A stretch of 64,000 bases of DNA, from positions 53,756-117,755 of the forward strand of contig JBHHTW010000004.1 of assembly GCA_046861385.1 (NCBI GenBank), read 5' to 3'. This DNA is from Fidelibacterota bacterium (GTDB lineage: Bacteria; Fidelibacterota; Marinisomatia; Marinisomatales; TCS55). Shown piece by piece: positions 1-9,188 of the stretch. The position numbers and the translations under genes were made by a program. Below the pieces are notes generated by a model. The model worked only from the letters and a program-made list of their open reading frames with translations. It did no database searches and was not told where the DNA came from. The first letter of the stretch is position 1; each line of letters starts with the position of its first letter.

Positions 1-304
1 TAGAGTGAAGTTTGATCCCGTCTACTTCTAAGAAGTGAGGCAAATCACCGCAATTATACTCAATTGTCTTATTCAACAATTCATATTGTATCATCACTTC
101 TACACCACTATTTATTTTTAAACTATCATCTATAGTCATTTCATCTTCAGGTTTATATTCATGATCATCAATGTCGATAAAGAATCCGCAGCCGTCTACA
201 GCATAATCTCCTGTCCATCGCAGCAAAGCATTCGCTTCAAGTATTGTATTTTTTTTATCTTCACATCCGAATATGAGTAATAAAGAGAGTAATAGTATTC
301 TCAT
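1..304 (-). CDS. Putative lipoprotein, 3' end runs off the window
   Basis: Hand translation from ATG at 304: MRILLLSLLLIFG-C-EDKKNTILEANALLRWTGDYAVDGCGFFIDID... Open to position 1; lipobox-like IFGC; GGAGGA Shine-Dalgarno upstream. Not in the ORF track. Confidence 0.75.
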   Translation of the reverse strand, partial: MRILLLSLLLIFGCEDKKNTILEANALLRWTGDYAVDGCGFFIDIDDHEYKPEDEMTIDDSLKINSGVEVMIQYELLNKTIEYNCGDLPHFLEVDGIKLHS

Positions 305-318
305 TTTTGTTTTTCCTC

Positions 319-1500
319 CTATTTCATCAAAATAACTTTTTGAGTTTGTGAAAAATCACCTGAAACCAGCTGCACAAAGTACACACCGCTGGACAGGTTG
401 CCTGCATTCCAAACAATCTCATGCTCACCAGCTACCAGTTCACCGCTTACCAGCGTCTCCACCAGTCTTCCGGTTATATTAAAAATATCCAAACGTAGGG
501 GAAGCATATATGCGTCCCCTACATTAAACCGGATGGTGGTGGTTGGATTGAATGGATTGGGATATGGCTGATAAAGTTTGAAATTTTCGGGGATTGGATG
601 TCCATCTTCAACTCCAACAAACTCTCCATAAGTAACGCCATTGATTATTGCGGCATTCAGATTCGTAGTACCTGATGTTCCTTCCACAACGAATAGACTC
701 GTGAGACCAATTCCTTTTGTAAATGTATATTCTTGATAAAGCATCCAATCGTATTCAATGAACAATCGATCTGGATCTAAAAAGGACACGTTATAGTAAT
801 AATCTAAACAATTTGTCCAGGGAGTGATACTATCGTTATAAGTTAATAAAGGATAAAGACTGAACTCATTATTTGTACATGATCCGCTATCATATTCAGC
901 AACAACAGATATAGAAGTATCAATACGTAAATATTGAAAATAAGAACTACCATCCTTTGTTTTTACAAAATAAGTTTCACCATTTGGCATGGTTGTATCT
1001 CCTATGATTTGATTTGTAAAGTAAAATGTAGTATCTTGATTGCTCTGTTGATACTGCCACATATCACCAATATGAAGAGGGAAAAAAGCCAGAGCATCTG
1101 ATGTTGCATTGCATGGACTTTGGTATCCATTTGCAAGAAATTCCGTTCCCAATGAATCTTCAATAATAAAATCAACCGATCCATAATATTCTGTCTCTCC
1201 ATTATTGTCCAGATCCTGACCATAGATTTCCCCTGTCCATGTTCCGGTGGACAATCCCCCCATCATTAATTCCAGATCAAATTCACAGCCACAAAAAGCT
1301 ATATTTCCCGTATCCACTTCAGTGATTTCTATGATATTGCTGTCTAAAAATGTTATGCTGAATTCAAACAATGAACCACAGTTTCGCTCCGTATTATCGT
1401 GATGAATCGTTACAGTATCTCCCGATACCTCAGTCCACAATAAATCAGTTTGACTAAAAGCAAAATTGAGCAATAAAATTAAAATAAATTGTTTCTTCAT
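319..1500 (-). CDS. Secreted protein with T9SS type A-like C-terminal sorting domain
   Basis: Signal peptide (MKKQFILILLLNFAFS-Q), Cys-containing N-terminal domain, C-terminal YPNPFNPTTTIRF...SGVYFVQL...QKVILMK. Confidence 0.85.
   Translation of the reverse strand: MKKQFILILLLNFAFSQTDLLWTEVSGDTVTIHHDNTERNCGSLFEFSITFLDSNIIEITEVDTGNIAFCGCEFDLELMMGGLSTGTWTGEIYGQDLDNNGETEYYGSVDFIIEDSLGTEFLANGYQSPCNATSDALAFFPLHIGDMWQYQQSNQDTTFYFTNQIIGDTTMPNGETYFVKTKDGSSYFQYLRIDTSISVVAEYDSGSCTNNEFSLYPLLTYNDSITPWTNCLDYYYNVSFLDPDRLFIEYDWMLYQEYTFTKGIGLTSLFVVEGTSGTTNLNAAIINGVTYGEFVGVEDGHPIPENFKLYQPYPNPFNPTTTIRFNVGDAYMLPLRLDIFNITGRLVETLVSGELVAGEHEIVWNAGNLSSGVYFVQLVSGDFSQTQKVILMK
320..561. repeat. Direct repeat copy 1 (242 bp) encoding the C-terminal sorting domain
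   Basis: Identical to 1605-1846 except at 333/1618 and 349/1634. Confidence 0.95.
495..522. repeat. GTAG-type REP-like palindrome inside coding sequence
   Basis: GTAGGGGAAGCATATATGCGTCCCCTAC; 13 of 14 arm positions complementary; reads VGDAYMLPL on the minus strand. Confidence 0.75.
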
Positions 1501-1603
1501 AATACCTATCTATTTTCTATCTTTGCGGGAGCTCATCTCGATTTCTTCGGAGCGCAAAGTTTTGTTTTAATAGTTTGGGTTTTATTCATTGATTTTACAT
1601 AAA

Positions 1604-2494
1604 TTATTTCATCAAAACAACTTTTTGAGTTTGAGAAAAATCACCTGAAACCAGCTGCACAAAGTACACACCGCTGGACAGGTTGCCTGCATTCCAAACA
1701 ATCTCATGCTCACCAGCTACCAGTTCACCGCTTACCAGCGTCTCCACCAGTCTTCCGGTTATATTAAAAATATCCAAACGTAGGGGAAGCATATATGCGT
1801 CCCCTACATTAAACCGGATGGTGGTGGTTGGATTGAATGGATTGGGGTAAACATTCAATATCGCATAACTGTCCAACACAATATCATTTTCAATTGATAG
1901 TGGTGTATAAAACTCTGTACAAATCCAGTCTGTATCTCCCCCATAACTAATATTGATTCTTTTTACAATACCAGCCCAACCACTAATCTCACCCATCTGA
2001 TCAAAATAATAACTTATCCATTCAATATATCCCCAATCATCTCCATCTGTAGAAAACACATAACATGGTGAAGTAATCGGGTATATAGGTGGATAATACC
2101 ACACTACCGTGTCGTTTTTTGAATCCAACCGCATTTTATAACTAAACCCTTCATCTACATCATAAACTGTCCAAAAATCTCCAACTTCTACTTCAAAATC
2201 ATAGAGGACACAATCAACTGGTGTTGTATTTAAGCCTGTGAGAATATGAACCTTTAATCCATCATTTCTCAAACCCACTATCCTACCATCATATCGGAAA
2301 TTATGTACCGTGAAATATTCATATCCATTGTGTGTAATTGTATAAGGATATTCAATTATCTCAGTATGTGTTGAATCATTATTATCATAATCCCAGTGAT
2401 ATAGTTCTCCAAGTGGATATAATTCTTGCGTCATACCCACAGTATAAAAAGTTAGTATTATAAAAAATAAAGATTTTGTCGTTAAAAACCTCAT
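1604..2494 (-). CDS. Secreted protein with T9SS type A-like C-terminal sorting domain
   Basis: Likely start ATG 2494 (MRFLTTKSLFFIILTFYTVGMTQ, signal-like); same CTD as 319-1500 but unrelated N-terminal region. Confidence 0.8.
   Translation of the reverse strand: MRFLTTKSLFFIILTFYTVGMTQELYPLGELYHWDYDNNDSTHTEIIEYPYTITHNGYEYFTVHNFRYDGRIVGLRNDGLKVHILTGLNTTPVDCVLYDFEVEVGDFWTVYDVDEGFSYKMRLDSKNDTVVWYYPPIYPITSPCYVFSTDGDDWGYIEWISYYFDQMGEISGWAGIVKRINISYGGDTDWICTEFYTPLSIENDIVLDSYAILNVYPNPFNPTTTIRFNVGDAYMLPLRLDIFNITGRLVETLVSGELVAGEHEIVWNAGNLSSGVYFVQLVSGDFSQTQKVVLMK
1605..1846. repeat. Direct repeat copy 2 (242 bp) encoding the C-terminal sorting domain; contains the palindrome at 1780-1807
   Basis: Offset 1285 bp from copy 1; 2 mismatches. 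Confidence 0.95.
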
Positions 2495-2704
2495 ATTGAA
2501 CGTCCCATAAAAGTTAAACAATAACAAATTCATCACAAACAAAATTATATGCAATTGTATTGACTCTGTTGGTAGTAACCAGTCCAGTAGTGCTTCAAAA
2601 GAATAAAATGAATCACCAGCTAAAGAGCAAAGCTGACGGGAATCGGTGGATTGATTCCGGTTATCTTTTATGTTCTTTATTTATTGACAGGATTGTTGGA
2701 TAGA

Positions 2705-3196
2705 CTATTTTTTTTTTAAAACAAGATCAACAAAACATATACCTGCGACTATATAAAATGAAAGGTACATCAAAACACCAGAAAATATTGTCAGGTAACT
2801 AAATGCCGGATGGATATACCGAATCCCCCAAAAGGAACCAAAAGTAGTCAAGATTGCGACCAAAGGTTCGATCATCAAGAATAATTTCCACCCGCCGGAG
2901 AGAATGGAATTAAAATAAAAGAGACCACCCATCATAACAAATATCAGGGCAAAAGAAATCACATGGGTGTGGGTTGTCAGAAGCAAATTTTCCAGCGATT
3001 TAGGAAAATGTTCGGGAATTTCATATTCATCGGTTTGCGAACCGGCAATACGCTCATATGTTTGATCAGCACTCATGTGCGTGGTGAGATTTACATAGAT
3101 TAACCCCAAGCTGACACCCAAGGATATCACGATGATAAAAGAGATTAAGAACCAGCGTAAACTTTCGTCCAATTTATTAAGTTTGATATTATTCAT
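2705..3196 (-). CDS. Uncharacterised multi-pass membrane protein with His motif (TTHTH)
   Basis: About 4 hydrophobic helices; last gene of the porin / FMN-binding operon. Confidence 0.7.
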   Translation of the reverse strand: MNNIKLNKLDESLRWFLISFIIVISLGVSLGLIYVNLTTHMSADQTYERIAGSQTDEYEIPEHFPKSLENLLLTTHTHVISFALIFVMMGGLFYFNSILSGGWKLFLMIEPLVAILTTFGSFWGIRYIHPAFSYLTIFSGVLMYLSFYIVAGICFVDLVLKKK

Positions 3197-3197
3197 T

Positions 3198-3722
3198 TTA
3201 TGATAAATCGTCCCGAATTAAACTCAATAGTAGTGTCAATTTTTGAATACCCTTTGTCATGGAATCCACAGATATTGTTGCACCACTGATACCATCAATA
3301 TCGTCATACTGTGAGGCAGAATTCCTACCAAAAAATTGTTTTAACCATGGTTTTCGTTCCACTTCCCCGCCGATTGGTTCACGGTATTTAACCACAGCAG
3401 CATTAACGACTTCTCCATGATTATTGTACATTGATATGAAAGTTATGGGCATGGATTTTCCTTTAACATTATCCAAAAGAGCATAACCAACAATTTTACT
3501 GTCTATCGTAACGGACCAAGTATACACAAAATCAGAATAGAACCGCTGTTTTGCTTTGTGCTCCACTTTTTGTTTTATATCTTTCGGTATAATATAACGA
3601 GAAAAGACAAGAGTTGCCTCATCACCAAACTCAGCTTGTACCATGAATTCAGCTTCCTCACGAATTCCGCTCAGTAAAACTGAGATCATAAAAAGGAAAA
3701 TAATTGTAGTTCTTATAATCAT
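3198..3722 (-). CDS. Extracytoplasmic FMN-binding domain protein (RnfG/NqrC-like flavinylation substrate)
   Basis: Signal peptide; YREPIGGEV; DGISGATISV flavinylation motif. Confidence 0.85.
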   Translation of the reverse strand: MIIRTTIIFLFMISVLLSGIREEAEFMVQAEFGDEATLVFSRYIIPKDIKQKVEHKAKQRFYSDFVYTWSVTIDSKIVGYALLDNVKGKSMPITFISMYNNHGEVVNAAVVKYREPIGGEVERKPWLKQFFGRNSASQYDDIDGISGATISVDSMTKGIQKLTLLLSLIRDDLS

Positions 3723-3749
3723 TATTCTTTTAACAATATACTTTTACGT

Positions 3750-4832
3750 TTAGAAGCTATATCCAACACCAACATTAAGTTGAAGATCAGGATTATTTTT
3801 ATGGGACGACGCTGCTTTTTTACCCAACTCAAATTTGAAAACGATTTCTGATATTGGCCAAAATGTTAATCCGTATCGAATGATTGAATAATCAATGAAT
3901 TTGTCATCGTTACCCAGGTTATATCCGGACACTCGCATCCAGGGTAATAGCTTCCCTTTCAATCCAATGAGTGAACCGACATCGTAACCAAGATCTATAT
4001 AATAACCACCGCTGGTTTCATAGCCAAGAGGATTGTTTTTATATGATAATTGTCCATATTCTAACACTGCATAAATATTGTTGGCATTGTATTTAGCATT
4101 GACTTCCAGGAGTTGAATGCCAACAGTTGCCGTGTCTGCAGCATTGATAATGGTGTGCCCGTTTTCATCTTCAATTAAATAAGCAGACGTTGGTGCATTA
4201 TGAAACGTCATTGATCCTCCAACGCGTAAACCGGTCACACCGTTAAAATAACCACTGAAATTTTTAACTAAATCATACGCGGTTGATTTATATCCCTTTA
4301 CCCGACCGCTGCGAAATCCTTTCCTGATATTATCACCATTGAGATCCTCCATAAGGACAAATCTCCAGTTGATTCCAACGATTTTACCATACACTGCAGC
4401 TCCATTGCCAAACCAGGTTGTAGGGATAACATACGTGCTGTATTCGGGGCGTTCTACACTTATAAATAATGGAGGTTCATGGCTTTCATTGATGATTCCT
4501 ACAGAAGGCAAGATCACACCGGCTTGGAAACCATAACGTCCAGAATAATAATTTATGTAAGCCTGCTCCAGTTCGAGTTCACCTTCCCCATCATGGACAA
4601 AATTATGTTCAAGCTCAACTTCTGATTTAAAGGACCATTCTTCCGAAAAAGCGTAGCCATAATAAATTATAAAACGGTGAAAGTCTAATTTGGTCGTTGC
4701 AGCATTTTCACCTGATTGGCTTCTATTATAGTGAAGTTCTCCATATCCACCGATACTATACCCGGGTATAAAAAAGTCATCTTCTGCAAATAGAATCGTT
4801 ATTAAGGATATTACTAAATATATTTTTCCCAT
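3750..4832 (-). CDS. Outer-membrane beta-barrel / porin
   Basis: Likely start 4832 (MGKIYLVISLITILFA); GGYGELHYN...DFHRF...SEVELEH...ELEQAY porin-like strands; C-terminal VGYSF. Confidence 0.75.
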   Translation of the reverse strand: MGKIYLVISLITILFAEDDFFIPGYSIGGYGELHYNRSQSGENAATTKLDFHRFIIYYGYAFSEEWSFKSEVELEHNFVHDGEGELELEQAYINYYSGRYGFQAGVILPSVGIINESHEPPLFISVERPEYSTYVIPTTWFGNGAAVYGKIVGINWRFVLMEDLNGDNIRKGFRSGRVKGYKSTAYDLVKNFSGYFNGVTGLRVGGSMTFHNAPTSAYLIEDENGHTIINAADTATVGIQLLEVNAKYNANNIYAVLEYGQLSYKNNPLGYETSGGYYIDLGYDVGSLIGLKGKLLPWMRVSGYNLGNDDKFIDYSIIRYGLTFWPISEIVFKFELGKKAASSHKNNPDLQLNVGVGYSF

Positions 4833-4877
4833 CTTCGCTCTTTGTAATTGATTCATTTTACCTAAAAACATCGTTAT

Positions 4878-4892
4878 TGAGAATTAGTCTCA
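4878..4892. promoter_or_regulatory. Putative Fur box upstream of the porin operon
   Basis: TGAGAAT-T-AGTCTCA matches the 7-1-7 Fur consensus TGATAATnATTATCA at 11 of 14 positions. Confidence 0.55.
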
Positions 4893-4970
4893 TTAGCATT
4901 ATAAAGAAAAAACTGTCGTAGTGCAAACACTTTTTACTATTTATTTAGGATTAATCACATAATTAATATA

Positions 4971-4996
4971 ATATAGACTGACCAGTCGGTTTATAT
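4971..4996. promoter_or_regulatory. Putative TetR operator
   Basis: Imperfect palindrome ATATAGACTGACC/AGTCGGTTTATAT directly before the TetR start codon. Confidence 0.6.
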
Positions 4997-4997
4997 T

Positions 4998-5591
4998 ATG
5001 AACGAATCATTACAAAACCAGCGTAAAGAACAAATTTTAGACGCCGCTCTTAAGGTGCTAATCCAAAAAGGATATGAACAATCTCGTATGGATGATGTGG
5101 TGGATGTATCCAAATTGAGCAAAGGAGCCATCTACTGGTATTATAAATCCAAAAAGGAAATGTACCTTGATTTGGTAAATTATTGGGTTCTCCACTATAG
5201 CGTAACTTTAAATCATATAGTGGAAGAAAATGCCCCTCCCTCTCGTCAGTTACAGGATTTGTTTCAATATTTTATTGACCAATACGAATCAGACCCGCAA
5301 CCATTTTTTGCTCTGACTGAATTTTGGTCCATGTCCCAAAAGGATATTGATTTTAAAAATAAATTACAGAAAGTTTATACGAATTTCCTGGAATTAATCG
5401 AAGGGATTATTGAACAGGGTGTTACTTCAGGAGAATTTAAACAATTGAATGTTCGAATGACCGCTTTATCGATTATGGTCAATATAGAATCCATCAACTG
5501 GTTTACATTATTTGATGAACATGGCGTTAGTGTAAGAGAATATATTGGAACAATTACTGATTTTATTCAGTCAGGAATTGCTAAAAAATAG
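4998..5591 (+). CDS. TetR/AcrR family regulator (probable fatty-acid degradation repressor)
   Basis: RKEQILDAA...SKGAIYWYYKSK HTH; heads the fad genes. Confidence 0.9.
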   Translation: MNESLQNQRKEQILDAALKVLIQKGYEQSRMDDVVDVSKLSKGAIYWYYKSKKEMYLDLVNYWVLHYSVTLNHIVEENAPPSRQLQDLFQYFIDQYESDPQPFFALTEFWSMSQKDIDFKNKLQKVYTNFLELIEGIIEQGVTSGEFKQLNVRMTALSIMVNIESINWFTLFDEHGVSVREYIGTITDFIQSGIAKK

Positions 5592-5605
5592 TAGGAGAAA
5601 AGTAT

Positions 5606-7387
5606 ATGAAAAGTATAGAATTAAAATGGCAAACAGGTGGGAGTTTTCTCACAAATCCAATCACCGAAGCCACTGTTTTTTCCAGAGAAGATTTCACGGA
5701 AGAGCATCGGGATATTTATCAAATGGTAAAAGAATTTGACAAAGAACGTATCCTGGCTCAAAAAAGTGAAATTGAGAAATATGATAAGGATTTATCTCTG
5801 TCACTCATTAGAGAGATGGGAGAGTTGGGACTTCTTGGTATTGATATTCCCGAAGAATATGGAGGAATGGAATTAGATAAGGTGACCTCAGCCATTGTTG
5901 CCGAAGCATTGGTGTACAGCCCTTCATTTTCAGTAACATGGTCTGTGCAAACCGGAATCGGATCCCTGCCTATAATCTGGTTTGGCACCAATGAACAGAA
6001 GGAAAAATATTTACCCAAAATTGTGACGGGCGAAATGATTTGTGCTTACGGATTAACAGAGCCATCCGCCGGGTCTGATGCGCTGTCCGGAAAAACAACT
6101 GCTGTGCTTTCTGATGACGGAAAACATTATTTATTAAATGGTGAAAAAATATTTATTACCAATGGTGGTTGGGCAGATGTATTTGTCGTTTTCGCCCAAG
6201 TGGACGGAAGTTTATTTAGCGCATTTATTGTTGATCGGGAAACTGAAGGATTTTCCGTTGGAGCAGAAGAAAAAAAAATGGGTATGAAGGGATCATCTAC
6301 AACACCACTCATTTTTCAGAATGCCAAAGTACCAGTGGAAAATCTTTTATATAAAGTAGGAAAAGGTGCCACGATCGCCTTTAATGTTCTCAATGTAGGC
6401 AGATATAAATTGGGCGCTTCCAGCGTGGGAGGATCCAAAAACGTTATTGAAGCCGCAGCCCAATATGCCAACGAACGGCGCGCCTTTGGGAAACCAATCG
6501 CTCAGTTTGATGCCATTATTAAAAAAATTGCTGATATGACTGTACGCACTTTTGCTGCTGATAGTATGCTTTATCGGACGATTGGAATGTTTCAAAAAGA
6601 AATCGATACTCTGGATAAATCAGACCCAGATTATTATATCCATTCTGCCGAAACTATGGAAAAATATGCTATTGAAACATCCATGGCTAAAGTTTACGGC
6701 AGTGAAACAAGCCATTTTGTCATTAACGAAGGATTACAGGTATTTGGCGGTTATGGTTTTTTAGAGGAATATCCTATGGCTTCTGCTTATCGGGATGACC
6801 GTATCAACCAAATTTGGGAAGGAACCAATGAAATTAATCGCCAAATTATTACCGGTTATATGATGAAAAAAGCACTGATGGAAGAGTTACCCATTCGGGA
6901 AGAAATCAGCGCCATCGATCAATTTATGTCCAATGGACAATTAGAAAACAATGACGGACCCCTGGCAAATGAGTATGATACCATTGAGACAGGCAAACGT
7001 CTCGCCCTTTATGTTTTCAATGAAGCGCTCAATAAGTTTGGGCAGGATCTGAAACATGAACAGCAAATTACCGAAATGATGGCTGATATATTTATGGACT
7101 TATATGCTGCAGAGAGTGCGGTGGTTCGTTCGAAAAAAATGATGGAAAAAAGTAGTCAAAACAGGGCAGTTTGCAGCATTGCGAAAATCTTTACTGCGGA
7201 AATGGTCCTACGTTTATTAAATATGTCCTTGACAGCGTTGAATGCTATTTATGGCGGGAATACTACTCCGGATGTCATAAATCAGTTGCGTCATTTCCAG
7301 GGGAGGATGATGATGCAAACAGACATTATTAATCTAAAACGAAATGTAGCACAATACATTTATAGCCAAAACACTTACCCATTTTAG
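5606..7387 (+). CDS. fadE: Acyl-CoA dehydrogenase (long, FadE-type)
   Basis: YGLTEPSAGSDA, GEKIFITNG, KMGMKGSST, QVFGGYGF, IWEGTNEINR. Confidence 0.92.
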   Translation: MKSIELKWQTGGSFLTNPITEATVFSREDFTEEHRDIYQMVKEFDKERILAQKSEIEKYDKDLSLSLIREMGELGLLGIDIPEEYGGMELDKVTSAIVAEALVYSPSFSVTWSVQTGIGSLPIIWFGTNEQKEKYLPKIVTGEMICAYGLTEPSAGSDALSGKTTAVLSDDGKHYLLNGEKIFITNGGWADVFVVFAQVDGSLFSAFIVDRETEGFSVGAEEKKMGMKGSSTTPLIFQNAKVPVENLLYKVGKGATIAFNVLNVGRYKLGASSVGGSKNVIEAAAQYANERRAFGKPIAQFDAIIKKIADMTVRTFAADSMLYRTIGMFQKEIDTLDKSDPDYYIHSAETMEKYAIETSMAKVYGSETSHFVINEGLQVFGGYGFLEEYPMASAYRDDRINQIWEGTNEINRQIITGYMMKKALMEELPIREEISAIDQFMSNGQLENNDGPLANEYDTIETGKRLALYVFNEALNKFGQDLKHEQQITEMMADIFMDLYAAESAVVRSKKMMEKSSQNRAVCSIAKIFTAEMVLRLLNMSLTALNAIYGGNTTPDVINQLRHFQGRMMMQTDIINLKRNVAQYIYSQNTYPF

Positions 7388-7396
7388 GAGTTAAAT

Positions 7397-8530
7397 ATGA
7401 GCTTAAAATCAGTCATAATAGATGCAGTCCGGTCACCCATCGGAGTTAAAAACGGTCAATTGATTGGCATACGGCCCGACGATCTTACAGCGCAAGTTAT
7501 TAAGGGGCTTTTAGCCCGGAATGAAAATGTGAAACCTGAAGATGTGGAAGATGTTGTTGTTGGCTGCGCCTTTCCAGAAGGTCCCCAGGGAATGATTATC
7601 GGCCGGTCTGCTGCTATTCTTGCCGGTATCCCAAAAGAAGCAGGTGGAAAAGTGGTCAACCGATTTTGCGGTTCAGCCATGGACGGGCTTCACCAATTAA
7701 GCACTGCTATTGAAAGTGGTGACATTGATGTGGGTATTGCAGCCGGCGTGGAAGATATGTTTTCCATCCCACCGGGAGGATTTGCCCCTGACTTTCACCC
7801 TGAGTTGGCGGAACAGGAGTTCTATATCGGCATGGGAGAAACGGCAGAGAATCTCGCCAACGACGGTAATATTTCCCGGGAAGATCAGGATGAATTTTCA
7901 ATTAAATCTCACGAAAAGGCACTCAAGGCATATAGGGAAGGTAAATTTGATAATGAGCTCATTCCCATCGATGTTTATGGAGAAGTAACCATCGAAAAAG
8001 ATGAAGGACCCAGAGAACCTAATGTGGAAAAAATTCAAAGTCTTAAACCGGCATTTGTAGAAGGCGGAACTGTCACAGCAGCTGGCAGTAGTCCTTTTTC
8101 CATTGGTGCTTCGGCCATATTGATTTCAAGCGAATCTTATGCCAAAGAACATGGATTGAATATTCGTGCAGAGATTATCGGCCGTGCAGTGGCCGGAGTG
8201 GATTGGACACGCATGGGCGCTGGTCCTCTGCCGGCAACAGAGAAAGTGCTGAAAAAAACAGGTCTCACCATGGACGATATTGAAACCATTGAATTAAACG
8301 AGGCATTTTCCGCTCAATCCCTATATGTAATTCGGGAAGGTGGATGGAATATGGATAAAATCAACCTCAATGGGGGAGCTATCGCTTTGGGACATCCACT
8401 GGGATGCTCGGGAACACGGATTATTTGTACCCTCATTAACGTCATGGAACAACAGAATACCCATATCGGCCTGGCTACCATGTGTATTGGAAGCGGACAA
8501 GGAATTTCAACTATTATCCGGCGGCGATGA
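7397..8530 (+). CDS. fadA: Acetyl-CoA C-acyltransferase (thiolase)
   Basis: NRFCGS, NEAFS, GGAIALGHPLGCSG, TMCIGSGQG. Confidence 0.93.
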   Translation: MSLKSVIIDAVRSPIGVKNGQLIGIRPDDLTAQVIKGLLARNENVKPEDVEDVVVGCAFPEGPQGMIIGRSAAILAGIPKEAGGKVVNRFCGSAMDGLHQLSTAIESGDIDVGIAAGVEDMFSIPPGGFAPDFHPELAEQEFYIGMGETAENLANDGNISREDQDEFSIKSHEKALKAYREGKFDNELIPIDVYGEVTIEKDEGPREPNVEKIQSLKPAFVEGGTVTAAGSSPFSIGASAILISSESYAKEHGLNIRAEIIGRAVAGVDWTRMGAGPLPATEKVLKKTGLTMDDIETIELNEAFSAQSLYVIREGGWNMDKINLNGGAIALGHPLGCSGTRIICTLINVMEQQNTHIGLATMCIGSGQGISTIIRRR

Positions 8531-8534
8531 TACA

Positions 8535-9188
8535 ATGAGTAAATGCATAAAAGATCCTATGAGTGGATTAACACACGTCATTGGCGCTATACTATCAGTG
8601 GTGGGATTAATTCTGCTAATCTTTAAATCACTTAATCCTGTTGACCCTTGGAAGATTGTATCTTTTTCTGTATTCGGTTCAGGATTATTTTTGCTCTACA
8701 CAGCCAGCACATTATACCACTGGATTCCTGTAACAGGGCGCGCAGAATCGATCTTGAGGCGGCTTGATCATATCATGATTTACGTATTAATTGCATCCAC
8801 ATATACTCCCATTTGTCTTATCCCGTTGAGAGGGCCTTGGGGTTGGAGCTTGTTCGGTGTTATATGGGGATTGGCAATTTTTGGGATTCTATGGAAATTA
8901 TTTCAATTCAGAATTCCGGAGTGGTTTTCAACACTATATTACATATTTATGGGATGGTTATCGGTTATTGCAATCTGGCCTCTTATTTCAAATCTTCAGA
9001 TCGGTGCATTAATCTGGTTACTCATCGGTGGAATTTTTTACTCCGGTGGTGTCATTTTTTTCGCTTTGGATCGTCAGGAATCACCTCGAAAAGGTTTCGG
9101 ATTCCATGAAGTATGGCATGTGATGGTATTGGCAGGTAGTTTAAGCCATTTTTGGGTGATGTACCATTATGTATCACAAAGCACTTAA
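8535..9188 (+). CDS. Hemolysin III / PAQR (TrhA-like) membrane protein
   Basis: Likely start ATG 8535; SGLTH, ASTLYH, RRLDHIMIYVLIASTYTP, HEVWHVMVLAGSLSH. Confidence 0.88.
   Translation: MSKCIKDPMSGLTHVIGAILSVVGLILLIFKSLNPVDPWKIVSFSVFGSGLFLLYTASTLYHWIPVTGRAESILRRLDHIMIYVLIASTYTPICLIPLRGPWGWSLFGVIWGLAIFGILWKLFQFRIPEWFSTLYYIFMGWLSVIAIWPLISNLQIGALIWLLIGGIFYSGGVIFFALDRQESPRKGFGFHEVWHVMVLAGSLSHFWVMYHYVSQST

Noticed and set aside
1521-1559. CTTTGCG...CGCAAAG inverted repeat considered as an integron attC site
   Set aside because: No RYYYAAC/GTTRRRY ends and no integrase; only a 7-bp stem.
320-1846. DGR template/variable repeat pair (both internal mismatches fall at adenines of copy 1 on the coding strand)
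   Set aside because: Only two mismatches; both copies are intact sorting domains rather than lectin-fold variable regions; no reverse transcriptase or avd gene in the window.
2616-2660. Hairpins near GCAAAGC considered as a c-di-GMP-I riboswitch
   Set aside because: Conserved GGCAAA/GNRA/GCCTAA elements are absent; more likely a weak terminator region.
8340-8534. N-terminal extension of the hemolysin III ORF
   Set aside because: Overlaps the thiolase gene; family similarity begins at ATG 8535.
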